Assembly (NCBI GenBank): GCA_951406725.2
Contig: OX597835.1
Coordinates: 12,896,001-12,960,000, forward strand
Length of the DNA stretch: 64,000 nt
Source of the DNA: Octopus vulgaris
Lineage: Eukaryota
Direction: 5' to 3'
Below the pieces are notes generated by a model. It was given only the letters and a program-made list of their open reading frames with translations. It had not been told where the DNA came from and searched no databases. Shown piece after piece: positions 12,801 through 25,763 of this stretch. How positions within the stretch are numbered: position 1 is the stretch's first letter; every line of letters begins with the position of its first letter. Both the position numbers and the translations under genes were made by a program.

Positions 12801-13916
12801 CCCAAAATAAAGAAAAATATGTATTTGCATGGCTATATGATAAGAAGTTTGCTTCTCAATCACATGGTTCCAGGTTCAATCCCACAGCATGGCACCTTGG
12901 GCAAGTGTCTTCTACTATAGCCTTGGGCTGACTAAAGCCTTGTGAGTGGATTTGGTGGATGGAAACTGAAAGAAGCCTATGGTATGAGTGTGTGTGAATG
13001 TGCCTTTGTGTTTGTATTTGTTCCCCCACCACCACTTGACGACCAGTGTTGGTGTGTTTATATCCATGTAACTTAGCAGTTCAGCAAAAGAGACTGATAG
13101 AATAAGTTGCAGGCTTAAAAAAAAAAGAGTGCTGGGGTCGATTTGTTCGACTAAAATTCTACAAGGCAGAATATGTCCGGTCCCCAGCATAACTACAATT
13201 TAGTGACCAAAACAAGTAAAAGATAAAAATTTTTTTAAAATATATATATATACACAAAACAAATTCTTGGCAACAATCCAATAAAAAGGGTAGGATTTGA
13301 TCCCCCGACTCAGATTGTTAATCCAAGAATCATTTGATTTATCCCTTTAGCATTCAGATTAATGCCTTCTCTCTCCCCCAACACTCCCCCACTGGTCTTG
13401 GAGGCCCTGAAAGAGACATGGTTCCAGGTTCAAACCCACTGCATGGCACCTTGGGCAAGTGTCTTCTACTATAGCCTTGGGCTGACCAAAGCCTTGTGAG
13501 TGGATTTGGTGGATGGAAACTGAAAGAAGCCTATGGTATGAGTGTGTGTGAATGTGCCTTTGTGTTTGTATTTGTTCCCCCACCACCACCACTTGACAAC
13601 CAGTGTTGGTGTGTTTACATCCCTGTAACGTGGCAGTTCAGCAAAAGAGACCAATAGAATAAGTTGCAGGCTTAAAAAAAAAAAGTCCTGGGGGTCGATT
13701 TGTTCGACTAAAATTCTACAAAGCAGTATATGTCCGGTCCCCAGCATAGCTACAATTTAATGACCGAAACAAGTAAAAGATAAAAAAATTTTTTTAAATA
13801 TATATATACACAAAACAAATTCTTGGCAACAATCCAATAAAAAGGGTAGGATTTGATCCCCCGACTCAGATTGTTAATCCAAGAATCATTTGATTTATCC
13901 CTTTAGCATTCAGATT
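12723..13916 (+). repeat. Local tandem duplication (~560-640 bp units) containing SINE family A plus unique flank
   Basis: Both units end ...GATTTATCCCTTTAGCATTCAGATTA (13360 and 13917). Confidence 0.9.
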
Positions 13917-14281
13917 ACTGTCAAATGTAATGTTTATTTATTCGCATTGCTTTGGATTATTCATGGATTATCTCATAGCTTTGAGATATCAATTATATTT
14001 TTTCTTTTATTTGTTTCAATCTCTTGAGTGTGGCCATGCTGGGGCACTGCCCTGAAGGAATGGTATTAAGTTTTTTTTTAAAAACTGTTAGATGTAAGGG
14101 TTAGAAAGAGAAGGGGCAAAGGAAGGAAAAAAAGCAGAAAACTAATAAAGGAGATATATAGAGCGATATGTGAATTAAAATAAAAGCTTAAAGGCTTGGA
14201 AATAGATATATCTAGTGGAAGTGAAATGTAAGAAGAAAATCAATGTTCAAATTATACAGAATGGTAGATATAAATATGGTG

Positions 14282-14344
<63 letters not shown>

Positions 14345-14345
<1 letters not shown>

Positions 14346-14620
14346 GATTCAAATGAATATGGTACTTAATTTAGATGCACCAGAATTTTGTATGGTGTTA
14401 TCCATAAAAATCCTTGGGGTGATTATAATCAAAATAAGCAACAAGAATGACTCCGGTAATTTGGTACAATCGTTTCGTACTACATCATTTTATTAAATTT
14501 GTAAGTATTACAACAGATTTAAGATGCTGAGTACTCATCAGCCAATTATAGAGGTTTTCCATTAATACAAAAATTTTCATATCAAGTGGCAACATTATAG
14601 AGAAGGTAGATATACAGACA
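14345..14620 (-). mobile_element. Hammerhead-bearing repeat HH-B, copy 1
   Basis: Reverse complement of 17636-17913; abuts (TA)n. Confidence 0.8.
14461..14545 (-). ncRNA. Type I hammerhead with extended stem II
   Basis: Minus: TTGG-CTGATGA-GTACT...AGTAC-GAAAC-GATT-GTA-CCAA. Confidence 0.8.
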
Positions 14621-14701
14621 AAGATATGGATTTAAATTTTAAGAACATATGAGGTAGTGGAGTCCCTCCACTGACTGACTAAGATTTGGTTGTTCCAGAC
14701 T

Positions 14702-14749
<48 letters not shown>

Positions 14750-14804
14750 GAAATATTAAAATTACGAATTCTCTATAATAGAGATTGCAGCAGCGTTTAC
14801 TGGA

Positions 14805-15097
14805 AATTAATTGTTATCGCCATATTAATATGGCATTCTTATAGAAATAAGAATAATCGCTGCTGCTGGTCAGCTCCATGAGGCCACCGCCATCAAGATA
14901 GCAATACCCCGAAACGCGTCTGTAGCTGTCGGACTGGCAGTGTGAAGCGGCTGACCTCCCTTGTTCGAAGGTTATAATGGATACAGTCGTGTATCAATAG
15001 CTATCTTGATGGCGGTGGCCTCATGGAGCTGACCAGCAGCAGCGATTATTCTTATTTCTATAAGAATGCCATATTAATATGGCGATAACAATTAATT
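14805..15097. repeat. 98-bp inverted repeat with 97-nt spacer, embedded between (TA)n tracts
   Basis: 14805-14902 is the reverse complement of 15000-15097; spacer starts AATACCCCGAAACGCGTCTGTAGCTG. Confidence 0.9.
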
Positions 15098-15127
15098 ATA
15101 TATATACATATATATATACATACATAC

Positions 15128-15169
<42 letters not shown>

Positions 15170-15192
15170 TATATACATACATACATATATAT

Positions 15193-15265
<73 letters not shown>

Positions 15266-15609
15266 GTCTTTCATGTGCTTGGTGACCCCGTCAGTGCTGG
15301 TGCCACTTAAAAGCACCCAGTCCACACTGTAAAGTGGTTGGTGTTTGGAAGGGCATCCAGCCGTAAACATCCTGCCGAAACAGTCACAGAAGTCTGGTGC
15401 AGTCTTCTGCCTGGCTGGAAAGCAGACATTAAACGATGATGATGATGAATATATATTAAATAAATATATTAAGGAGAACAGAGATTTATATATCCAGTTT
15501 TATTCTGCTGTCAATCACGTCTTTCCACTTCTGCACCTACATACGTTTCTGCTGCAATTTTGTGCTCACTGCAAAATTTTGCCTCTTGGTGTACTCTCTA
15601 GTGTTAATG

Positions 15610-16572
15610 CACATACTCACATATACACACACATATTCACATACACACATATACACACACATATTCACATACACACATATACACACACATGCATACACAT
15701 ACTCACAAATACACACACATGCATACACATACTCACAAATACACACACATGCACATACACAAACACATGCATATACATACATGTACACATACACACACAT
15801 ACACACATATACACATGTATACACATACACACATACACACATGTACACATACATACTAAGGAATACACATACACACACACAAATATACATACCCATGTAT
15901 ACACATACATACACACACATGTACACATACACACATATATAATATACACAAACACATGCATTATACACAAACACATGCATACACGCACATGCACACACAC
16001 TCATACACATGCATACACATACACACATGCACACCCATACATATGCACACATATACACATACACACATACAATATACGCAAAACACATACATACACATAC
16101 ATACATGTACACATATATACATATATACATACACACATAATCACATACACACATACAATATACGCAAAATACATACATACACATACATACATGTACACAT
16201 ATATACATATATACATACACTCATAATCACATACACACATACAATATACGCAAAACACATACACATACATACATGTACACATATATACGTATATACATAC
16301 ACACATAATCACATACACACATACAATATACGCAAAACACATACATACACATACATACATGTACACATATATACATATATACATACACACATAATCACAT
16401 ACACACATACAATATATGCAAAACACATACATACATACATGTACACATATATATATACCTATATACATACACACACATACGATATACACAAACATATGCA
16501 TACACATATACACACATACACACACGTACACACACGTACACACACATACAAGTACGTACATATACATACACT
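15610..16572. repeat. Compound (CA/TA) microsatellite with ~70-bp higher-order units
   Basis: CATACAATATACGCAAAA recurs several times at 16066-16420. Confidence 0.9.
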
Positions 16573-17595
16573 AACTGAATGTAATTAATTGGGGCCACTC
16601 AAAGCCGCCACCATAATCTGGACACCAGAATTACACCGACTGCAAATAAGTTAATCTTCCTTCCTCCGACCAAACCCCAAGAGACTAATGGAATCAATCC
16701 GAAAGCTGCAAACAGGTCATCCGTATGAATAATACAGGCTTTAATCAGAGTTCGTTAGCAAAAATATGTTACTGATTAATTTTTACATTCTAGATGACAT
16801 TTCGAATTGATCCATTTAACAATATGATTTTATACTGCTAAATATCTTATTTCGATATTTATTAGAATGGCACTGGTTGGTTGGTTGGTTGGTTGGTTTG
16901 TATGCTGGTCGCTTCCTTGTCTGGTATGTTGATGACCTATCAGTCTCTTTCCCTCTTTCTCTCTCTGTCGTTCTCTGCCTGTCCGTCTCTGCTTGTATCT
17001 CTCTCTCTATCTATCTATCTCTCTCTCTCTCTTGCTGTCTGCTTGGCTGGCAAATGTCAGCACTTGACACAACTGTCTGGCTCTGAAAAAAGAAAACACA
17101 CACACACAATTGCCATTGAATGATATATATAAAGAGAGTATTCTTTAATTCTTTAATTCTTTAATTCTTTGATTCTTTGATTCTTTGACTAGTTTTCACT
17201 CACTGGACTGTGGCCATGTTGGGGCAATGCTATCAGAGCTTTCGGCAAACAAATCAACCTCTGTACTTGTTTTTAAAAACTTTTTAAAGCCTGGTACTTG
17301 TTCTATCAGTCTCGTTTTGCTGAACTGTTAAGTTATAGGATGTAAACAAACTAACACTGGTTCTCAAGCAGTGGTGGGGCAATCAGACACTCAGAACATA
17401 CACACAGAGATATATACATACATAGATATATGAATACATATTGTATATATATATCTGTTTATGCAAATATCTATGTATGTATATATGCATGTAAATATAT
17501 ATCTAAGCATGTATATACCTATGTATATATATATATCTACATATGTATATATCTATGTATGGATATATCTATGTACACATATATATATATGTGCA

Positions 17596-17635
<40 letters not shown>

Positions 17636-17636
<1 letters not shown>

Positions 17637-17927
17637 TGTCTGTATATCTACCTTCTCTATAATGTTGCCACTTGATATGAAAATTTTTGTATTAATGGAA
17701 AACCTCTATAATTGGCTGATGAGTGCTCAGCATTTTAAAACTGTTGTAATACTTACAACATTTAATAAAATGATGTAGTACGAAACGATCGTACCAAATT
17801 ACCGGAGTCATTCTTGTTGCTTATTTTGATTATAATCACTCCACGGATTTTTATGGATAACACCATATAGAATTCTGGTGCATCTAAATTAAGTACCATA
17901 TTCATTTGAATCTAAATTTTTGCTGAA

Positions 17928-17930
<3 letters not shown>
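17636..17930 (+). mobile_element. Hammerhead-bearing repeat HH-B, copy 2
   Basis: Inverted relative to 14345-14620; flanked by (TA)n on both sides. Confidence 0.8.
17712..17797 (+). ncRNA. Type I hammerhead with intact core, extended stem II and palindromic helix III
   Basis: TTGG-CTGATGA-GTGCT..CATTTTA..TGTTGTAA(tac)TTACAACA..TAAAATG..AGTAC-GAAAC-GATC-GTA-CCAA. Confidence 0.85.
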
Positions 17931-17961
<31 letters not shown>

Positions 17962-18914
17962 CATCATCATCACCATCGTTTAACACCTGCTTTCCATGCT
18001 AGCAAGGGTTGGACGATTTGACTGAGGCTGGCGAATTTAAATGTTGAAGTGAATTTAAAGGATTTTGTATAAATATATTTATATTAAAACAATAACATAG
18101 CAAGTCTGGTCATAGAGTGACCAATGGTTTTGCATCAAAGAAAACTGCAGCCTTGTGGTCAGCTAATCAGACTCTATACAGACAAAATTAGCTCTTCACC
18201 TCTTAGAGGTGAAAAGTTGTTATGGTTAATTGATTAAAAGGTCATCAGAAAATAAAAGGGTCCAGTTTTGGTGAGGATGGGTTATCTCCCCTGCACCAGC
18301 TATTTGGGGAATAGGGATCTATCTCTTGGCCTGCTAACATATTGTAAGGGCTCTTACGAGCTTAGTCAGTAAACAAGGAATCCTAATTTTGCAGCAGGTA
18401 AAGCTTGAAATGGATTCATTGTGTGAATATGTATTTATATATGTATTTATATATTTTGATGAGATAAAATATATGTCTGGTCACTCTATAACTGGACATA
18501 TAACTGTCCTTGCATGTAAGTACATTATTTCTCTATCCTTTTGAGCATGTTTCTTTTTTCGGATACATGATTCACTAATGATATTTACACAGACATGTAG
18601 GAAATAAATAGACACCTTTAATTTTAAAAATTTCTGATCTAAGCATCTTAATATGTTTTCAGTAGTGTAGAATTTACAATGTAATTATTCTTTTTCATTC
18701 CAGGTGCCATTATATTAAACATTTGCGAAGAGTAACCATGCCACACACAAAAAATTCAGGAGAACTCATTAGAAAGGGCATCCAGTGGTAGAAACCATGC
18801 CAAATGAGGCTGGGGTCTGGTGCAGCCCTGGTCAAACCATCCAACCCATGCCAGCATGGACAATGGACGATAAATGATGATGAAGATTATATATATATAT
18901 ATATATATAATCTA

Positions 18915-19133
18915 AGGCGACGAGCTGGCAGAGATGTTAGCACGCCGGGCGAAATGCGTAGCCGTATTTTGTCTGCCGCTACGTTGTGAGTTCAAATTCC
19001 GCCGAGGTCGACTTTACCTTTCATCCTTTCGGGGTCGATTAAATAAGTACCAGTTACGCACTGGGGTCGATATAATCGACTTAATTCGTTTGTTTGTCCT
19101 CTCTGTGTTTAGCCACTTGTGGGTAGTAAAGAA

Positions 19134-19135
<2 letters not shown>
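18915..19135 (+). mobile_element. tRNA-derived SINE family C
   Basis: GGCGACGAGCTGGCAGA head, GAGTTCAAATTCC B-box, Meta-like core; other copies at 28577-28797, 30905-31132, 39195-39549, 47318-47546 and 62285-62450. Confidence 0.85.
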
Positions 19136-19164
<29 letters not shown>

Positions 19165-19527
19165 TACACACATGCATACATATACATATAGAAATGTATA
19201 CACACACACATATGTGTGTGTCTATGTGTGTATATATATCCATATATGTGTATATATACTTGTATGTCTGAATGTGTGTCTCTTTATTTTGACAATACAT
19301 GACAGATGTAAGCAAGTTTTCCTAGCATGCAAGTGATGTCAACTTCAATTCTCTTGAGCTAGTGGAGTCACTGAGTATAAAGACAGACTGGCTCCTTGTT
19401 TCTCTGGGATTGGTGAAATTAATACAGAAGCCCCTGATGAAACCCCAATAAGGCTCGAAAATCAATTATCGCTGTACATCAGTTCTTCTATCCACAGACA
19501 AATAGTTACATTTGCCATGCTTATATA

Positions 19528-19845
19528 CATCATCATCATCGTTTAACGTCCGTTTTCCGCGCCAGCACGGGTTGGACGGTTTGACCGGGGTCTGGGAAGC
19601 CAGGGGCTGCCCCAGGCTCCAGTCTGATCTGGCAGAGTTTCTACAGCTAGATGCCCTTCCTAACGCCAACCACTCCGCGAGTGTAGTGGGTGCTTTTTAC
19701 GTGCCACCCGCACAGGTGCCAGGGGGGTCCGGCATCGGCCACGATCAGTTGGAGCTTTTAACGTGCCACCGGCACGGAAGCCAGCCAAGGCGGCACTGGC
19801 AACGGCCACGTTCGGATGGTGCTTTTTATGTGCCACCGGCACAGA
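19528..19845 (-). mobile_element. SINE-like family B copy
   Basis: Same core; further copies at 23528-23817, 24800-25069, 31375-31610, 42745-42935, 46158-46490 and 56998-57330. Confidence 0.8.
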
Positions 19846-19892
19846 AGACATAGGTTACATATATCATTGAATTAAAGAATAGGAATACTAGA

Positions 19893-20680
19893 ATAATAGT
19901 TGTATACTGTCAACTTAACGTGACAGTAGGGGATTACACCACCGCTGTTTAGCCCTAGGAAGCATCAAATGCTCCCTGTTGGCTCCGACACATTTCCTGT
20001 GTCCTTATATATTTACGAAGGGGAGACAAATATCCCCAACAGCTAGGCCTGCATCTAGAGACACATATGTTTCAGGGTCTTTGTCCATCATCGGTCTAGA
20101 GTAGCAAAAGCCAGCTAGCTGCAGATATCTGTCCCGACTTCGTGGCTGTGTGGTAAGTAACTTGCTAACCAACCACATGGTTCTGGGTTCAATCCCACTG
20201 CGTGGCATCTTGGGCAAGTGTCTTCTGCTATAGCCCCGGGCCGACCAATGCCTTGTGAGTGGATTTGGTAGACGGAAACTGGAAGAAGCCTGTCGTATAT
20301 ATGTATATGTATATATGTATGTGTGTGTGTGTGTTTGTGTGTCTGTGTTTGTCCCCCTAGCATTGCTTGACAACCAATGCTTGTGTGTGTTTACGTCCCC
20401 GTCACTTAGCGGTTCGGCAGAAGAGACTGATAGAATAAGTACTGGGCTTACAAAAGAATAAGTCCTGGGGTCGATTTCCCCGACTAAAGGCGGTGCTCCA
20501 GCATGGCCGCAGTCAAATGACTGAAACAAGTAAAAGAGAGAAAAAGAGAAAAAGAGAGTATCTAATTTTCAGTGAAGTATATTCACTGATCACCAAAATC
20601 AGAAATATTAAATTTCTAAATATCTCATAGAGATATGTACGGTGGTGGGGTGATATAATAGTTGTATACTGTCAACTTAA
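19893..20680. mobile_element. Unclassified structured ~350-bp element with a 26-bp terminal direct repeat, interrupted by a SINE
   Basis: ATAATAGTTGTATACTGTCAACTTAA at 19893-19918 and 20655-20680; architecture shared with 54177-54538. Confidence 0.6.
20142..20558 (+). mobile_element. tRNA-derived SINE family A (probably of the octopus OK/OR type)
   Basis: GTGGCTGTGTGGTAAG A-box, GGTTCAATCCC B-box, CTTGGGCAAGTG CORE-like motif, central (GT)n, AAACAAGTAAAAGAG tail. Confidence 0.85.
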
Positions 20681-21162
20681 TTCTGAATACTAGAATAAAA
20701 ATATTAGAATACAGAAGAGTTATACAGGAACATTAGAATATTAGAATAGTTATATAGAATACCAGAATGTAGAAATATCAACTATTCCAGTGAAGTGTGA
20801 AGATGCTAAATTCTCATACACACATATATATATTGTTTAATTATGTATAATCATTATATTTAAGTATGCAAAAGTAATTTTATGATATTGACCTCATATA
20901 AGAAATGCGTTGAACAGGTTGCCAAGAAATATTGATTGAATATTTCGGTTTTGTGTGTTGCGTCTTGGAAATATAGAAAACAATATCATGATGGCGTCAA
21001 GTTTGATGGAGCAGAAATGCCAAGTGTCAGTTGTAGTCAGAGAAAAGAGACTGGCTTACCTTGTGTCCACTGTATACATACATACACACATACATACATA
21101 CGTACATACAAACATACATACGTACATACATGCATGCATACATACATACATACATACATACA

Positions 21163-21194
<32 letters not shown>

Positions 21195-21239
21195 CATACA
21201 TACATATACATAGATACATATATATATATAAATATATGT

Positions 21240-21270
<31 letters not shown>

Positions 21271-21275
21271 CATAG

Positions 21276-21321
<46 letters not shown>

Positions 21322-21340
21322 GTATTTATGTGCTGAGTAT

Positions 21341-21399
21341 ATTCCACTGATGAAGGCAGAGCATTTCTTATGCAGAACCAGAAATTCAGGATCTGGAAT
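21341..21399 (+). ncRNA. Type I hammerhead motif with AUC cleavage triplet
   Basis: ATTCCA-CTGATGA-AGG..GCAT(ttctt)ATGC..CCA-GAAAT-TCAGG-ATC-TGGAAT; 6-bp stem I, imperfect stem II base. Confidence 0.6.
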
Positions 21400-21613
21400 T
21401 ATCCAGTAATTTTTTTTTGCTAGTTTATTTTGTCTCTGTCTTCTCTCTTCGTGCTGTATAAACATTTAATGTGGTTTTAGAGTCAGTTTTGGCTACTATT
21501 TCCAGTGTGATGGTATCTCTTAGATACTTATATACATATATATATATATATATGTACATGTACATGTATATATATATATATATATAGTCAAATCAAACAT
21601 TAAAAATAACATG

Positions 21614-21645
<32 letters not shown>

Positions 21646-22662
21646 CACACATATCTATATATATATATATATATATATAGATATGAAATGATGAGAGAAA
21701 ATGGAATTCCCAAAACTATTCAGAATCACTACAATCGTTTCGGCTCATCATGCGTTGGCACCTTACAGGTGAGATCCTGCACAACTAACTTGTCATGCAT
21801 CAAAGGCGCAGATGCATCTCCTCAGGGGACTTTTCAAAAAGTCATTTTTGTATTTGCCATTTTGCTTATCTCTATTACGATACACTTTGGTGTAGCATTC
21901 CATCTGTTTCCATAAGGAACGGAGACGGAATAAGAGAATCCTTCTCATCTAAGCTATAAGATACGGAATACAAGAATAAAAGAATGAGGAATCAAAGAAT
22001 AGAAAAAAAAGAAGATAAAATAAAATGGAATACACCAATAAAAAGACACAAATAAAAATGTAAAATATATTTGAGATCAGACATTTATGTGGACCTTACA
22101 TTTCATCAAAGCAAATAAGTTAACACACACACACACACACACACACGTGTGTGTGTGTTTGTGTATGTGTGTGTGTTTGTGTGTGTATATATATATATAT
22201 ATATACATATATATATACATATACACACACACACATATGCACATTATAATATATATATACATATACACACACACACATATGCACATTATAATATATATAT
22301 ACATATACACACACACACACACGTATATATGTGTGTGTGTGCTTGTGTGTGTATGTATATATATATAAATATATATACATTTACATATATGTATGTATAC
22401 ACACACATACGTATGCACATATATAATATATATATACATATACACATACACACATGCAGATATATATAAATATATATATATAGATACCAATACATACATT
22501 CTCACATATATATATATATATATATATGCACATATACATAAACATATATATATACACACACACACACACACATACATATATATATACATATATACATCTA
22601 TATATGTATATACATGTGTGTGTGTATATATATATATATGTCTATATATGTATATACATGTG

Positions 22663-22699
<37 letters not shown>

Positions 22700-23322
22700 G
22701 TCTATATATGTATATACATGTGTGTGTGTATATATATATTTATATATATATGTGTGTGCATATGTATCTAAATATACATAAATATATATTGACCAATAAA
22801 TTACATATGCAAATGGATGGACATGTTACAGACACTTCCAGCTTTTGCATTTGGGGTTAATCTAATTATGTGGAGAGAGAGAGAAAGGACATAAAAAAAA
22901 CCGAAGCCAGTGAAAAGCCGCAGAGGTCAGGCTGTGGTCTCATGAACAGGTATAGAGTGACCGGTCATTAGGCATTCAACCAGATTTCACTTACATCTGG
23001 TCATTCCTTTCACCTTTTGATTCTAGATGCTTCTCCATCCGTCTGATGTCCATTCTTTTTTTTTTTTTTTGAATTTGAAGTTAATTTATTGCCACAGCAC
23101 ACGTTCGTCCACCCATATATTCACTGATATATACACACGTCGATACATATACACCCTGCAACGCAGTACCACATATTGAGATGTACATGATGTAGACACA
23201 TATGCTGTTGTATATACTCGTTCATACATCTGTACACTCACATTCCAGCCAGCCAATATATTTTTATCCAATGGCCATATAGTTGGCCATATTCAATGGC
23301 CATATCCAATGGCCATATCCAA

Positions 23323-23490
23323 AGGCGCAGGAGTGGCTGTGTGGTAAGTAGCTTGCTAACCAACCACATGGTTCCGGGTTCAGTCCCACTGCGTGGCATC
23401 TTAAGCAAGTGTCTTCTGCTATATACCCCGGGCCGACCAATGCCTTGTGAGTGGATTTTTGTAGACGGAAACTGAAAGAAGCCTGTCGTA

Positions 23491-23530
<40 letters not shown>

Positions 23531-24055
23531 CGATGCCAGCACCGCCTTGACTGGCTTCTGTGCTGGTAGCACATAAAAAAAGCACCATCCGATCGTGGCC
23601 AATGCCAGACCCCTCTGGCACTTGTGCAGGTGGCACGTAAAAAGCACCCACTACACTCGCGGAGTGGTTGGCGTTAGGAAGGGCATCCAGCTGTAGAAAC
23701 ACTGCCAGATCAGACTGGAGCCTGGGGCAGCCCCTGGCTCCCCAGACCCTGGTCGAACCGTCCAACCCGTGCTAGCGCGGAAAACGGACGTTAAACGATG
23801 ATGATGATGATGATGATATATATATATGTATGTGTGTTTGTGTGTCTGTGTTTGTCCCCCTAGCATTGCTTGACAACTGATGCTGGTGTGTTTACGTCCC
23901 CGTCACTTAGCGGTTCGGCAAAAGAGACCGATAAAATAAGTACTGGGCTTACAAAAGAATAAGTCCCGGGGTCGATTTGCTTGACTAAAGGCGGTGCTCC
24001 AGCATGGCCGCAGTCAAATGACTGAAACAAGTAAAAGAGTAAAAGAGTAAAGAGT
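23323..24055 (+). mobile_element. SINE family A with a family B copy nested in its central (TA)n
   Basis: Head 23323-23490, insert 23528-23817, tail 23830-24055. Confidence 0.85.
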
Positions 24056-24077
24056 TATATATTTATGCATGTTTATT

Positions 24078-24780
24078 TACGAGGTCTGATCCATATGTAT
24101 CCCAGATTGTTGCCATAGTAACGAAGCTAAAGCACGCAAAGTGAAGCCATTTGGTAAAGAATGACCTTAAACTCTGCTGTGCAGGTGCACTAAGTTTTAA
24201 CGTTATACCTCACTTCCACTGTTTACAGCAGTGCTTGGAAGGAAGGTGTGTAGCATGTGATTGTCGCATTGACAATGACAGAGAAAGCTATCATGGCAAT
24301 ACCTGCTCAGAGGCCTACACAAAGATGCAGAAAGTGTATGGAAAGGAGTGTATGAACTGCATACAAGTGCACAAGGGGTTTAGATGTTTCCAAGATGGCT
24401 GAAAAATGTTGATATTGAGGAAAATTCTGGGAGACCCACAACCAGCAGAACTGAGAAAAACATCACGAATGTACATGCAGTTGTGAGGGGAAATCACCGA
24501 ATCACCATCCATGAGTTATCAGAGGATGGTCAGATTAGTTACGGTTCAGTTCAGTCCATTATCACTGAAGATTTGGGTACTTGACGCATGTCTGCCAAGT
24601 TTTTGCCAAAACTGTTTTCAGTTGATCAAAAAGACACTGGGGTTTCAGTTGCACAAGATGTCCTTGATTGTGTTGAGAATGATGAAAACTTGTTGAAAAT
24701 TTTGTGTAGGTGTCTGAGCAGATATCGCCAAGTTTTTGGCAAAATTTGATGCAGATTCTCTGCTCAACTTCCTCTGTCAT
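24078..24780 (+). mobile_element. Decayed mariner transposase N-terminus with an inverted copy of its own start
   Basis: TACGAGGTCTG TIR-like start; SGRPTTSRT..RITIHELSE..ISYGSVQSIITEDLG..SAKFLPK; 24700-24780 (-) reads MTEEVEQRICIKFCQKLG. Confidence 0.8.
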
Positions 24781-25068
24781 ATATATATATATATATAAAT
24801 AGCCGTTGCCAGCCTTACCTGGCCTCTGTGCCAGTGGCACATAAAAAGCACCCTCCGATCATGGCCATTTGCCAGCCTCGTCTGGCACATAAAAAGCACC
24901 CATTACACTCTCAGAGTGGTTGGCGTTAGGAAGGGCATCCAGCCGTAGAAACATTGCCAAATCAGACTGGGCCTGGTGCAGCCTTCTGGCTTCCCAGACC
25001 CCAGTTGAAGCGTCCAACCCATGCTAGCATGGAAAGCGGATGCTAAACGATGATTATGATGATGATGA

Positions 25069-25121
<53 letters not shown>

Positions 25122-25123
25122 TT

Positions 25124-25228
25124 TCGTGACCGACCAGACCATCAGATGTTGCGACACATCGCTGGTCACAATGCGTTCGCATTGTTTTAGCCTTCGAATG
25201 ACGCCACCCCGCTGGCTAAGCGAGCAGG

Positions 25229-25232
<4 letters not shown>
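25124..25232 (-). mobile_element. ~110-bp structured repeat inserted in (TA)n
   Basis: Reverse complement of 36875-36992. Confidence 0.65.
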
Positions 25233-25274
<42 letters not shown>

Positions 25275-25728
25275 TACAGGGTAGAAAAATTATAGAAATT
25301 TTTATACCAGTGGCTTAGCATGTATTAAGTAGTCAATAGGCAACATATTTTTCATATAAAATTAGTGTACTTTTAAACACAAAAGAGGTGACTATTTTTG
25401 CACATCTCCACACACAGCACAAATGGCTCAAGCAGCTTTGGTAACTTTGGAACTGTGATTAAAAGTGAAGAGGAGCAGGTGTTGAAAATGTTCAGTTTTT
25501 TTTTTTTGTTTTCTATTTGTTATTCCATTGTCATATATGTCTGCAAAGAGATAAGATTTATTTGAATTTCAAAAGTAATCGACAAAAGCTGTAGAGGAAG
25601 ACACCATAAAGCTGTATGAAAGAAAAAAATAGTCTTTTGTGTTATCTGTCAATCAAATATGTACACACACACATACATACAGACATATGCACACACACTC
25701 ACCTAAATACACTCTCCCACACACACAT

Positions 25729-25763
<35 letters not shown>

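Noticed and set aside
19430-19470. CTGATGA..GGCTCGAAAATC hammerhead-like motif
   Set aside because: Stem II only partly paired and no stem I partner; possibly a relic but unsupported
21060-21069. 10-nt minus-strand microexon TGGACACAAG between CAG and GTAAGC
   Set aside because: Acceptor lacks a polypyrimidine tract (it is a GTAT microsatellite); likely chance
23265-23322. Short 12-bp tandem repeats (also TGACCAAGGGGT at 54682-54723)
   Set aside because: Ordinary slippage minisatellites with no further structure
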